From Vicugna vicugna (taxonomy: Eukaryota): a stretch of DNA of 64,000 bases. The stretch is from the NCBI GenBank assembly GCA_013265495.1, contig MU058213.1:3782001-3846000 (forward strand), given 5' to 3'. How positions within the stretch are numbered: the stretch's first letter is position 1; the number at the start of each line of letters is the position of its first letter. Of the stretch, positions 39,271 to 52,404 are shown piece by piece. The translations under genes were made by a program, and so were the position numbers. The notes below the pieces were generated by a model. It was not told the DNA's origin and made no database searches. It saw nothing but the letters and a program-made list of their open reading frames with translations.

Positions 39271-40362
39271 GTAGTACAATTTAATCTGAAATGTTAAAAA
39301 AATACTTTATCTTATGTAGATTGGGGTTGTATTCTAGGTAATGCTAAAAATATCTTAGACACAATTTCCAAATTATGTTTGCTCCATGTATACATTGAGC
39401 TGAATTCTTGTCAGCTACCCACACCCTCCCCTCCAATAAACCTTTGCTCTATCTAGTTATTAGCTCCATATTATTAACTCAACTGTGAATGTTTATTCAG
39501 GTCACACTCATAGTGATGAATATTGTTGGATAAAAGATCCAGAATTCACAACATGCTTTATATTCCTGTTTGTTTTCACAGTGTTTCCATAGCTAAATGC
39601 TCTGTTTTATACATTCTCATTACCCTGAAACATTATTTCAAAACACATGTGGTGACTACACAGAATTATAAACATCCCTAATTTTTGTCAAATATTTGCA
39701 GAATTGCATTATGGAAGACTAGCCTTGAATTTGCAAGTTCCATTAAAAGTAGAAGAAATCAAAAGCATTGTTTATTTGAAAAGTTCATCACAAAATACTT
39801 TCTTACTCAAGAGAGACACTGTGAGTGCCATCCAATGACTTGACTTACAAGCAAGTCTTTTAGTCATTTTGTAGGTAACGGGTATGATCTGAAAGACACC
39901 TAAAGATTTGTATTATTAGGGCAGAACTTGAAGAGATCTCTGTCATTGAGGGATGACAGATCAAAGTATGGTGCAGCTTTTCAATCAGACCCAGTAATTA
40001 TTGCACATAAACATTGGCATGAAGAAATTTTTGAATAATTAAAGCTAAGGCTCTGCAATTGTTCAGAAAGGGCTATGAGTTAAACACACTGTTGTCTGAC
40101 CTCATCTGACATTAATTACACAATGTTTGAAAGTAGGGAACAGCTGTGAAAAATACATCACGGAGGAATAGGGGGGTGTGAATGTGGCTTGTTTGCTGCC
40201 AATTGTCAATCTGCTGGGGAAGGAGAGCATCCAGAAATCATCTCTCCCTCCCAAAATAGATTATATATACGTATTCAGTTAGGGACATTGGCGAGATGGA
40301 AATAAACTTTTCTTGACTATTCATTTTATTCATTCAGTATGACTCTTATAAGAAGCTGACTT

Positions 40363-42329
40363 TTTATTGAAGTATAGTTGATTTACAATATTGTATTTGT
40401 TTCAGTCATACAAACTGTATAGTGACTCAATATTTTTATAGGTCCATCCATGTTGTTGCAAACAGCAGAATTTAATTCTTTCTTATAGCTGAGTAATATT
40501 CCATTATATATACATAGATATAATATTCCATTATATATACATATATTCCGTTATATATACATATATATACATACATATATATTTATATATATATCTCAGA
40601 TCTTTATCCATTCATCTGTTGATGGGCACTTATGGTTGTTCCTGTATCTTGGCTTTTGTAAATAATGCTGCTATGAACATTGAGATGCATGTATCTTTTC
40701 GAATTAGTGTTCATTTTCTTTGGATAGATATATTCAGCAATGGAATTGCTGGATCATATGATAGTACTATTTTTAGGTTTTTGAGAAACTGCCAGACTGT
40801 TTTCCACAGTGGCTGCACCAATTTATATTCCCACCAACGGTGTACTAGGGCTCCCTTCTCTCCACATTTTTGCCAACATTTGCTATTTGTAGACTTTTTG
40901 ATGATTGTCATTTTGACAGATGTGAGGTAAAACTGTCACTATTTACAGATGGCACGATACTATTTATAAAAAACCCTAAAGTCTCCACCAAAAAACTGTT
41001 AGAGCTAATAAATGATTCATAATGTTGCAGGATAGAACATTAATATACAGAATTCTGTTGCTTTTCTATCCACTAGTAATAAAATATCAGAAAGAGGAAA
41101 GAAGAAAACAATCCCATTTAAAATTGCATCAAAAAGAATAAAATGCCCTAGGAGTAAATTTACCAAGGAGGTAAAAGACCTATATTCTGAAAACTGTAAT
41201 CCAAGAGCATGGGATATCTTTCCATTTTTTAAAATCTTCTTTTATTTCCTTCATCAATGGTTTATAGTTTTCTGTGTATAATTCTTTCGCCTCCTTGGTT
41301 AGATTTATTCCCAGATATTTTATTACTTTGGGTGCTATTTTAAAGGGGATTGTTTCTTTACTTTCTTTTTCTGTTGATTTATCATTAGTGTAAAGAAAGG
41401 CAACTGATTTTTGAACGTTAATCTTGTAACTTGCTACCTTGCTGAATTCTTCAATCAGCTCTAGTAGTTTTTGTGTGGACCTTTTAGGGTTTTCTATATA
41501 TAGTAACATGTCGTTGGTATATAGTGACACTTTAACCTCTTCTTTTCCAATTTGGATCCCTTTTATTTCTTTCTCTTGCCTGATTGCTGTGGCTAGGACT
41601 TCCAAGACTATGTTGAATAGGAGTGCTGATAGTGGGCATCCTTGTCTTGTCCCAGATTTTAGTGGGAAGCTTTTGAGTTTTTCACTGTTGAGTACTATGC
41701 TGGCTGTAGGTTTGTCATATATAGCTTTTATTATGTTGAGATATGTTCCCTCTATACCCACTTTGGCGAGAGTTTTTATCATAAATGGGTGTTGAATTTT
41801 ATCAAATGCTTTTTCTGCATCGATTGAGATGATCATGTGGTTTTTGTCCTTTCTCTTGTTGATGTGATGTATTACATTGATTGATTTGCGTATGTTGAAC
41901 CAGCCTTGTGTCCCTGGGATGAACCCCACTTGGTCATGATGTATAATCTTTTTAATGTGTTGTTGGATTCTATTTGCTAATATTTTGGTGAGGATTTTGG
42001 AAACTGTAAAACACAGATGAACGAATTTGAAAATGACACAAAGAATTGGAAAGATATTCCATGTTCTTGGATTGAAAAAATTAATATTGTTAAAATGTCC
42101 CATACTACCCAAAGCAATCTATATAGATTTAATGCAATCCCCATCAAAATACTCATGACTTTTTTTATAGAACTAAAACAAATAATCCTAAAATTTATAT
42201 GGGACCACAAAAGACCCTGAATTGCCAAAGCAATTTTGAGAAAAAAGAAAAAAACTGGAGGTATCATGTTCCCTGACTTCAAACTATCCTACAAAGCTAC
42301 AGTAAGCAAAACAAAAATTAATGGAACAA
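40363..42329 (-). mobile_element. 5'-inverted (twin-primed) LINE-1: 3' part on - (40363-40928), inverted ORF2 part on + (40929-41199, resuming ~42001-42329)
   Basis: Strand switch at 40928/40929. Candidate TSD AAGCTGACTT (40353-40362) / AAGTTGACTT (42330-42339). ORFs 40711-40911(-) and 42017-42220(+) are ORF2-derived. Confidence 0.8.
41200..42000 (-). mobile_element. Young LINE-1 ORF2 (RT domain) internal fragment with an uninterrupted frame and no 3' UTR or poly(A)
   Basis: Core of ORF 41180-42112: [25 protein letters not shown]...GTRQGCPLS...KWKDIPCSW. Flanked by AAACTGTAA at 41191-41199 and 42001-42009. Confidence 0.92.
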
Positions 42330-43499
42330 AAGTTGACTTCTCTATAGCATATGATTGTATAGCATTGGACTGCTCTATTTCCTAAAATTTAGAAATATTT
42401 TTTCTTGCAATAATTTTAAAGCAAGTAATTTCAATAAACAGGTTTTACTTAGGCATCTGCCTTTTTCATAAAATACTGAAGGGCTGATCTATATTTTAAT
42501 AACAGCACCTTTTTCTACAGGTGAAGAGAAAGTGAGAACTTTCCCTATGTGAATTTTTGTTACAAAGTCCTTTGACAACCGATGCTGGAAAACACATTTA
42601 ACGTTTTTCTACTAAAGCATAAATTAAGTTGATTCTGTAGATCTACTATTGCCCTGACTGGACTGGAATTGTTTTCTTTTTATCCATTTATAACTACTTT
42701 ATGCATTTTAATATATATTTGATTTATTATAGCGTTTGCATTTGTTGAGGAATACTCAGATTATATAAGCTTGTTTTAATTAAATTAACGTATATGCTGT
42801 TGTTTTTGGTTCTGGTTATTTCCCTTCAAGTCAGCCATGCTGAAAAATCATAACTTCCCAATGATGCTGCAAGGAAATGTTCAGCTTTGAATATTTTTAA
42901 GTAAAAAATGAAAATAACAAATTATTATTCAATTTCTGATATCTCTATAAAACTATTGGGAAAAAATACAAAGCCTTATCAGCACTCTAAGTTAATAGAG
43001 AGCACTTTTGAAAATTATAACTTACAGCTTTCTGAGTTGTGAATAGTAGCTTCTTTTAAAGTTACATGAGTTTAAAAGGAACCAAATAATTATTAAAAGA
43101 AATTTTTGACCATGATTAAAATTATGATCTTAAATGACTTATTTAAAATAAAATGCAACAAAAAATGGGGGAAAAATCTAGCAAAAAGAGATGATGTGGT
43201 AAAAATTTAAAGTGATATACATAAAGAAACTAGCTTGAGGCAATTCAGTTGGTCGGCCCTAAGCTTCAGATTTTTGGATACGGGCTGATTCAAATGAATA
43301 ATGCAACTGTCTTTTGGCACCAGATTCCTCCAATATATTGTTGATGGTAATTGCCTTCCACTCATTTCCTTGTAACATGGCTTCTAATTCTTCTGCTTTA
43401 CTATACATATCCTTCCTGAGGCCAGCAGCTTCCTTCTTGCCAAATCCAGAGGACTTTTCCCAGTCTGCCTATTCCCTAGTCTTTCCATTGTATCTTAGA

Positions 43500-43705
43500 T
43501 GCAAAGTGGAGTCAGAAGCATGGAAGAAAATTCTGGAGAAAACAGTAGAGCACTCTTAATAAATGCTGCACAACCACTACTTGATGATACAGAGGAAAGT
43601 ACCATATTCAGAAGGATGGAAATCTATGACAGTTGAAAAGTGATTCAAACAAGTCAAACTGAACATGATGAATTTTTAGGAATGTCTTAACCAATCTATT
43701 TTTTG
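43500..43705 (+). mobile_element. TcMar-Tigger DNA transposon relic (transposase C-terminal region)
   Basis: AWKKILEKTVEHS...aaatgctgc...cttgatgatacagagga resembles the recalled Tigger motif AWKKIPETIVEHSFKKCCITNALDGTEDD. Confidence 0.65.
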
Positions 43706-46700
43706 TCCAGTGAATAACTTACACATAATAAAATTCACCCATTTTAAGTGTAGGGTTTAATGAGTTTTGCCATTTATATACAATCAGGAATTCACCATCA
43801 CAGTCAAGATATAGAACATTTACAACAACTAAAAGTTCTTCATGTCTCTTTCCAGCCAATGCCTTCCTCCCTCCTCCAGTTCCAGGCAACAATTGATCTG
43901 CTTTCAGTCACTGTGATTTGCCTTTTCCAGAATTTATTGTTAATGGAAATGTGTAGTATATAGCCTTTTGTCTTTGATACATGTTTTCATTTGTCTTGGG
44001 TAATTACTTAAATCGCTGTGTTGTATGGTAACTTTGTATCTAACTTTAAAAGACACTGCCAAATTGTTTTTTATATGGTGTGAAGTGTGGATCAGGATTA
44101 ACTTTTTTTTCATATGGATTTATAATCGTTCCAGCAGTATTTATGTAAAAGCCTGTTCTCTGGCCCCACTGAATGCCTTTGTGTCTTTATTACAATATGT
44201 GGGTCTACTTCTAGACTCTCTTCTGTCCCATTGACCCATGGGTCTACATTTTTTGTTGATACTACACTGTCTTGATTACTGTACTCTTCAAATTAGGTAC
44301 TGTGAGTCCTCCAACATTGCTCTTTTTTCTCAAAATTATGTTGGCTAGTCTAGCTCCTTTGCCATTCTATATACATTTTAGAATCAACTTGTTGATTTCC
44401 ACAAAAATCTTGCTGGGATATTGATTGGAGAGAATTGACATCTTCACAATATTGAGTCTCCTAATCCAGGAACATGGAATGTCTTTCCATTTATTTGGTC
44501 TTCTCTGATATTTTCCATCAATGTTTTACAGTTTTCAGCACATAGATTTTGAACATATTTTGTTAGACTTACACTTAAGCATTTCATGTTCTTTTGGTCC
44601 TAGTGTAAATAGTGCTACATTTTAAAATTTAATTTCCAATTGTTCATTGCTAGTATGTAGAACTACAATTAGTTTCTGTATATTGACATTGTATCTTACA
44701 ACTTTGCCAAACTTAGTAAGTAGTTCTACAGATTTTGGGGGGTAGATTTTTCAGAATTTTCAAAATATACAGTCACATCATCTGTGAATAGAAACAGCTT
44801 TATTTCCTCCTTTCCAAGATTGACTGATTGATTAACTTACCTCATTGATTAACTTACCTTATTGCACAGGATAGGACCATCATTCATAATGTCCAGTTTG
44901 ATTATGAATAGAGTAGTGAAAGTGGAAATCCCTGTCTTGTTCCTCATATTAAGGGAAAGCATTTGGTTTCTTATCATTAAATATGAGGTTAAATGTAGGT
45001 TTTTTGAGATGCTCTTTATCAGGTTGAAGAAGTTCCCTTCTACTCCCAGTTTGATGAGAATACAGTGTTTTAGTCTTCCTTTTTAAAAACAAACACCACA
45101 AAGTAGGCATTATTATTAATAGGAATCTTAGAGAAATTATTTATTTAGACCTACATGCATGTTTATCATTTTATTTGATTACCGTTCCTCTGGCATCTCA
45201 AAATGTTCCTCAGGTATTACTTTCTTTCTTCCTGAAGTACATCCTTTAGAAGTTCCTTTAGTATGAGTATGTGGGTGGTAAATTTCTTAGGTTTTATTTA
45301 TCTGAAGATATCATTATTTCACCCTCTCACAATGTAATATTAGTGACTGCATACACAGTTCTAGACTGAAATTATTTTCTTTGATCACTTTGAAAATACA
45401 AATTTTAAAACTCTTACAATAAGATTCATGAAGATGAAAATTTCAATTGTGTAAAAAGAAGAGGGGGCTTATTGTGAAAATTAAAAAAATGAGTCATCTG
45501 AGTCTGTCTAGCTGATTGGCTAGACGTTCTAGTCGTCTGGCTCTATAATTAAAATCTTTGCTCATCCTGGCTGTGGTTCAGCACCACTTGGTGCTGCTTC
45601 AAAATAAGCATCAGTGGTGCCAATTCTGGATCCTGTCTCAGTGGCTAGAACATTCAGGACAGTGGCAGCATTTATAGTCATCTCCTATTTAGCTGGCGCC
45701 CATTTCATCAGTCTAATCAAAGGAAAGTGAGCTAGAAGATAACCAGCGATAAAGGACCCCTGCCTCCTTGTTTCTTGAAATAGAGTGCTTTTTTCTCACC
45801 CAGCCTTACCCTTTCCTCCATGTCCTCTACCCATCCACATCCCTATGTCAGAAGATAAAAGTTTACCCCACCGAATTCGGGGCTAGACAAAAGGCAGCCA
45901 ATCATTAATGATTAACTGGTGATTAGTTGTCAATCATACTTGATCCAAATTCTCATTTATAGTGGGGCTTATTATCCTGAGGTTTTACTCATTATTTTAT
46001 TGTCCTCTAGCTTCCACTATTGCTATTAAAACATCAGCTTTCAGTCTAATTTGCTTCTTTTTAGGTTGGTTGTCTTTTTTTCTCTTTGGCTGCTTTAAAG
46101 ATCTTTTCTTCTTTGGTGTTTTGGATTTTATGACAGGTCTCAGAACAAGTTTTAAAATTTATCCTCTTTGTGACACTCTGTGCCTCTTGAATCTGTGCAT
46201 TCATGTTTTTCCTAAATTCTGGAATATTCTAAGCAATTAACTTTTGTATTACTGTTTCTCAATTCTAAAAATAATGTCTGTCTTGGAATCTGATTCTTTG
46301 TATGTCAGATATTCTCAGTCTAACTTCTATCATTGTTCAACATTTCTTTCATACTTCTCATGTCCTTATCATTCTCTGTTCATTATCGATAATTTTCTTA
46401 GATATTTTATGCTTTACGAATTATCTGTGTCTAATCTGCCATTTAACCAATCCACTGAGTGTTTAATATCTAAAAGCTTAATTTGATCATTTGTCATGTC
46501 TACTTGGTCATTCCTCATAGTCTCTCATTGCTTGTTCAGCATTATGACTCTTTTCTTTCTTTAAATATTTTCTAAATAGATATTCTATATTTCACAGGTG
46601 ATACAATTTTAATGTCTTTCTTGGGGTTTCCAAATATTTATTATTTCCTCTTATTTTTCACTAGTAGTGACTTGTCTCCTTTATGTGTGGTGATTTTTGA

Positions 46701-47200
46701 TGGTGAATTCACATTTTCTTGATCTTAATCCAGGAATCTAGTGGGATTAATTAGAGATATTTTTGTCTGAAGAGGATTTGTGTGATTCTGCTAGGAGCCT
46801 GGGGGCACTACCAGTCTGGAACTACTTTAACCTTTTTTAGTTGGTTTAGTTGCTTAGAGCAAGGATCTCGGGTTCGGCTCCTTCATATCACTGTTGACCT
46901 AAACACAGACTTTGTTTTCCGAACACTGTTCTTTTGTGGGCATTTTCTCAATCCATCCTTTTATTTTAATTGCCTATTCACAGAATCAGTTTGTTTATTT
47001 GAGGGGACAAAGAGCTGGAGGAGAAGATGTCAGCAGGACACACAGACATTTTCTCTACTTCCGTCAAGTTTTCAGCAATGCATGGATACTTGTTTGTTTT
47101 AACAGAATCTGGTTGTTTTGCAGTACAAGGGTGCCCCCAGATGATTTAGTTTACAATTCTGTTGCAGCAGCAAAAGTCTCTTATAGCTTATTTCTAAAAA
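43706..47200 (-). mobile_element. Old LINE-1 segments (L1MC/L1ME-like 3' UTR, ORF2 and ORF1-region remnants)
   Basis: Antisense L1 motifs such as aaattcacccattttaagtgta, gagaattgacatcttcacaatattgagtc and gttgaagaagttcccttctactcc. Confidence 0.72.
45399..45990. mobile_element. Tigger-family MITE (~590 bp) with imperfect TIRs, inserted in L1
   Basis: Left end TAAAACTCTTACAATAAG...ATGAAAATT versus reverse complement of right end TAAAACCTCAGGATAATAAG...ATGAGAATT. The host L1 is continuous across it. Confidence 0.6.
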
Positions 47201-48903
47201 CAGACTTTCTTTTTTTTAGAACAGAATTAGATTTACAGAAAAATTGAGACTGGAGTGTAGAGTTCCCATATATCCTATTATTATTAACATCTTAACATTT
47301 GTATAGTACGTTTGTTAGACTTAATGAACCATTATTGATACACTGTCATTAAGTCCCTAGCTTATTCAGATTTCTTTGGCTTTTAAACCTAATGTCTTTT
47401 TTGTTCCAGGATTCCATCCAGGATACCACTTTACATTTACTTGTTGTATCTGTTTAGGCTCCTCTTGGTTGTGACCATTTCCCAAACTTTCCTTGCTTTG
47501 CATGACTTTGATAGTTTTCAGAAGTACCAATCAGGTATTTTGTAGGATGCCTCTCTACTGGATTTTTTTTTTTTTTACTGTAGTAAAGTATACATAACAT
47601 AAAATTTACCATTTTAACTTTTTAAGTGTACAGTCTGGTGGCATTAAATATATTCCTAATATTGTTCAGTGATCACAACCATCCATTTCCAGAACTTTTT
47701 GATCGTCCCAAGCAAAAACTTTGTATCCACTAAAAAATAATCCCCTCTCTCTCTGTCCCCTGTAACCTCTACTCTACTTTCTGTCTCTGAGTTTGCCTAT
47801 TCAAGGTACTTCATGTAAATGGAATTATACAATATTTGTCCTCTGTGTCTGGCTTATTTTACTTAACACGTTTTCAAGATTTATCCATATTATAGTGTGT
47901 ATCCAAATTTCATTGTATGTATATTCTACATTTTGTTTATCAATTTCATTTATTAAATCCAGGAGATTTTTGTTGATTCCTTGCGATTTCTCCATAGACT
48001 CTCGTGTCCTCTGCAAAGAAATTTTATTTCTTCATTTCTAATCTGTATGCCTTTTATTCCCTCTTCTTGTCTTATTATAAGCTAGGACTTTAGGTGTAAG
48101 AGTAAATAAGAATGGTGAGAGAGGATATCCTTGCCTTGTTCCTAATTTTGGGGGAAAGCGTTCACTTTCTCACTATTAAGTATGATGTTAGCTATAGGGT
48201 TTTTTGGTAGATTCTCTTTATGAAGTTGAGGAAGTTCCCCTCTTCCTAATTTGCTGAGAATTTTTACCAGGAAGGTTGTTGGAGCTTCTCAAAAGCTGGC
48301 TGCATCAATTTATATGATCATATGATTTTTTCCCTATATCCTCTTTATGTGCTGAATTATACTGATTGATTTTAGAATGCTGAACTATCCTTATACCCCT
48401 GGAAGAAATTCCACTTGGTTGTGTTGTATAATTCTTTTTGTACATTGTTGAATTCAATTTGCTAGTATTTGTCAAAGACTTTTACACTGATGTTCACGAG
48501 AGAGATCAGTCTGCAGTTTTTTCTTCTTATAATGTCTTTAACTGCTTTTGGTATTAGGATAATGCTGGACTCATAGAATGAGTTAGTAACTTCCCTTTAC
48601 TTCTGTTTTTTAGAAGAGATTGTGGAGAATTGGTATCATTTCTTCCTTGAATGTTTAGTAGAGTTACCAGTGAAACAATCTGGGCCGGGTACTTTCTTTC
48701 TTGGAAGTTTACTGACTCATTCCTTGACTACTCAGATTATTTCTCCTTGGGTGAATTTTGGTAGTTGCATCTTTCAAGGAATTAGTTCATTTCATCTAAT
48801 TTATCAGATTTCTGGGTATAGAGTTGTTGATAGTATTCCTTTACTTTCCTTTTAATATTCATGTGTTAATTAATGATGATCCCTATTCCGTTTCTGATAA
48901 TGG

Positions 48904-49419
48904 TGTTGTATGTTTATTTTTAAATTTTTCTGTGTATTATTATGTTTTGACATCTTAAAATACCTTTCTGGCTGAGGAGAGACACCTTGGCCTAGCCAAT
49001 TCTCAGAGATAGCAAAGGAGCGTACCTTCAGTATGCTGACTGACCAGTGCAAAGTCATACCTCCTCTATCTGGCCTGCACACCTCAGGGGGCAGTATTCC
49101 TGTGGCACCTGCAAGGGTCAAGTTCCAGGTAACCAGGGACAGCCCCAATAAACTGAAGCCTGCTGAAATGATTCAAATTAGCCAATCCTGAACTGTTTAC
49201 CCTGCCTTGCCTTTTCTGCGGGCTAGCCTAGGTTTTCCCTTCACTCATGTTTTCTGCCTTCTAACCACCCTGAGGCTTTCCTATGTAGCCCCTAGTAGGC
49301 TGTGCCTCCTATTTCTAGGACCTATGAGTATAGTTAACATTGCTTTCCTGAGCCTCTCTTGTGTCTTCTCTTGTGGTTACACCTGATGGACCTGACTGAC
49401 CATCACATGAAAGAACACA
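48904..49419 (+). mobile_element. ERVL LTR (MER74-like)
   Basis: tatgttttgacatctt...ctagccaattctcagagatagcaaa...attcaaattagccaatcctgaactgtttaccctgccttgcc. It interrupts an L1. Confidence 0.65.
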
Positions 49420-49902
49420 GGTAATTTTGTATCTTCTCTTGTTTTCTTGGTTAGCATGGCTAGAGGTTTACTGATGTTATTGATCTTTTCAAAGAACCAG
49501 ATTTTTGTTTCTATGATTTTTCTGTATCATTTTCCTGATTTCAGTTCCATTGATTTTTGTTCTAATTTTTTATTATTTCTCCTCTTTTAAGCTTAAATTG
49601 CTTTCTCTCATTGCCTAAGTTGTAAACTTAGATAGTTGATTGTAGATTTTCCCTCTTTTCTGATATATACATGTAATGCTAAGCACTGTGTAAGCACTGC
49701 TTTCACTATATCTTACAAGTTTTGATTGTATTTTCATTGAGTTCAAAATATTTTTTTCTTTCTCTTGAGACTTCCTCAACCTGTGTATAATTTTTTAGTA
49801 TGTGTTTAATTGTGAAATATTTTGGGATTTCCCAATTATTTTTCTGTTATTTGTTTCTAGTTTAATTCCATCATGGCCTCAGAAGATAGTTTATATAATT
49901 TC

Positions 49903-50373
49903 TATTATAGGTTGAATTGTGTCTCCCGAAAAGATATGTTAAAGTCCTAATTATTATGCACATACCCCTCCCCTTAGTCTATGAATATGACCTTATTTGG
50001 AAACTGAGTCTTTACAGATGTAATCAAGTTAGCTTGATGTCATTAGGGTAGATTCTTATCCAATATGACTGGAGTTTTTATGAGAAGAGGAAATGTCATG
50101 TGAAGACAGAGACAGACAGGAAGGATGCTGTGTGATTACAGAGGCAGAGACTGGAGTCATGCAGCTCTAAGCCATGGGATGCCAAGGAGTGACAGCCACC
50201 AGCGGAAATAGGAAGATGCAAGGAAGGATTCTCCCCTGTAAGTTTCAAAGGGAGCAGGGCTCTGCCATCACCTTGATTTTGGACTTCTAGCCTCCAGACT
50301 GTGAGACAATAAATTTATTTTAGGCCACCCAATTTGTGGTACTTTCTTACAGCAACTCTAGGAAACTAATATA
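49903..50373 (+). mobile_element. ERVL-MaLR solo LTR (MLT1B/C-like)
   Basis: ggttgaattgtgtctccc...gacttctagcctccagactgtgagacaataaa...ggaaactaata. 5-bp TSD ATTTC at 49898-49902 and 50374-50378. Confidence 0.9.
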
Positions 50374-52271
50374 ATTTCTATTCTTTTAAATTTATTAATG
50401 TGGATTTTATGGTCCAGAATGTGGTCTACCTTGGTGAATAGTCCATGTGACCTTGAGAAGAATGTGTATTTTGCTGTTGTTGGATGGAGTATCCTCTGAG
50501 TGTCAATTAGGTTAAGTAGATTGATAGTGCTGTTCAAGGCAATTATATCCTTACTAATTTTCTGCCTGCTTAAACTATCAATTACTGAAGAAGGGGTGTT
50601 GACATCTCCAAATATATCTGTGGATTTATCTATATCTCCTTGCAGTCTTATTAGTTTTTGCTTCATGCATTTTGACACAACTGTTTGGTTCATACACATT
50701 AGGGATGGTTATGTCTTCTTGGAGAACTGACCTCTTTATCGTTGCATATCCTCTTTATCCCTGATCATTTTCCTTGTTCAACTTTGTTTGAAATTAATAT
50801 AGCTACTCTAACTTTCTTTTGATTAGCATTAGTATGCCTTAACTTTTTCCATCATTTGACTTTTTCATTTTAATACTTTACTTTTAATGTTTAACAACTT
50901 GATTGATACAGTTCACATACCTACCACTCACCCATATAAAATGTACTATTAATTGGCTTTTAGTATATTCACAGAGTTGTGCAACCATCATCAAAATCAA
51001 TTTTAGAACATTTTCATTATCACTCCCCCCAAATCTTATAACCAACCCCTTAGCCAATCTCCCCCATCACCTGCCAGGGCAAGGCAACCAGCAAATTACT
51101 TTTTGTCTCTATAGATTTGCCTGTTCTATTCTAGACATTTCATATAATACGTGGTCTTATTAGAATGGAATCACATAATATGTGGTCTTTTGTGAATTAC
51201 TCCTTTCATATGGCATGTTTTCAAGGTTCATCCATATTGTAGTATGCATCACTACTTCATTTTTTTCTGGTGCTGGATAATATTCCATTGTATGAATATA
51301 CCACTTTTTATTTACCCATTAAATCATTTCATTATCATTTGGGTTATTTTCGCTTTTTATCTTTTCTGAATAATGCTGCTATAAACATTTGTGCAAACTT
51401 TTTGTGAGGGTATATATTTTCATTTCTCATGGGTATATAGCTAGGATTGGGTTGCTGGATCCTGTAGTAACTCTATGTGCAAATTTTTAAGAAACTGCCA
51501 CTGTTTCCCATAGTGCCTGCACAATTTTGTATTCCTACCAACAGTGTTTGAATTTCTCCACATCTTCCTCAACACTTGTCCATCTTTTTGATTATAGTCA
51601 GCCTAGTTGGTTTGAAGTGCTATCTTATTGTGGTTTTGATGTGCACTTCCCTGCAGACTAATGATTTCGAGCACCTTTTCATGTGCTTTTTGGCTATATG
51701 TAGATCTTCTTTGGAGAAATGCCTATTCAGGATCCTTGCCCACTTTAAAAATAGCTCTTTATGTATTCTAGACACAGACCTCTTATCAAACGTAACATTT
51801 GCAAAACTTTTCCTCACTTTCTGTGATTTGTCTTTTTACTTTATTTATGGTATCTTTTAAAGTGTTTTAAATTTCAATTATGTCTAGTGTATTGATTTTT
51901 CTTTTGTTGCCATTTCTAAGAAATCATCATCTTTAAGGTGATGAATATTTATATCTATGTTTTCTTTGAAGAGCTTTATAGTTTTAGCTCTTAAGTTTGG
52001 GTCTTTGATCCAATCTAAGTTGATTTTTGTACATGGTGTGAGATAAGGATCCAACTTCATTTGTTTATATCTGTACATCCACTTATCCCAGTACTATTTA
52101 TTGAGAAGACTATTCTTTATCCATTTATTGGTCTTGGCAACCTTGCTGAAGACCAGTTGACCACAAATGTGAAGGTTTATTTCTGGACTCCCAAGTATAT
52201 GACAGAAAAACTGGAATTTTTGACCGCTTACTGTTTCAGGCACAACTCAACACAAATTCATTACCTCCTTA

Positions 52272-52399
52272 CTCTTTTTTGTGGGGGATGGTGGTAATCA
52301 GTTTTTTTTTTTCAAGATGACAGTACTGGGGATCGAACCCAGAGCCTCCTGCATGCTAAGCACGCACTCTACCACTGAGCCGTACACTCCTCCCACCCC
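52272..52399 (-). mobile_element. tRNA-derived SINE (Vic-1-like)
   Basis: Antisense gtactggggatcgaacccag...cactctaccactgagc with a T-rich tail. Confidence 0.85.
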
Positions 52400-52404
52400 A
52401 AACC

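Larger units (their letters stand above)
47200..52195 (-). mobile_element. Cluster of nested old LINE-1 fragments (L1MC/MB/MA-like)
   Basis: Several antisense 3' UTRs and ORF2 remnants (ORF 50358-50699 EN domain; ORFs 51620-51817 and 51884-52078). Confidence 0.8.

Noticed and set aside
40495..40595. Tandem repeats resembling an array
   Set aside because: Slippage duplications of the TA-rich part of an L1 3' UTR. No spacer structure, and the DNA is eukaryotic, so not CRISPR.
41180..42112. 310-aa ORF, the longest in the window, as a host gene
   Set aside because: It is an L1 ORF2 RT fragment. The N-terminal ~37 aa are antisense read-through of the host L1, and the catalytic motif is mutated (YTND).
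42860..42940. C/D-box snoRNA (ATGATG...CTGA)
   Set aside because: The C box is imperfect (ATGATGC), there is no terminal stem, the interior is AT-rich, and there is no known host intron.
44828..44860. Direct repeat ATTGATTAACTTACCT x2
   Set aside because: A local tandem duplication inside a decayed L1 with no sign of function.
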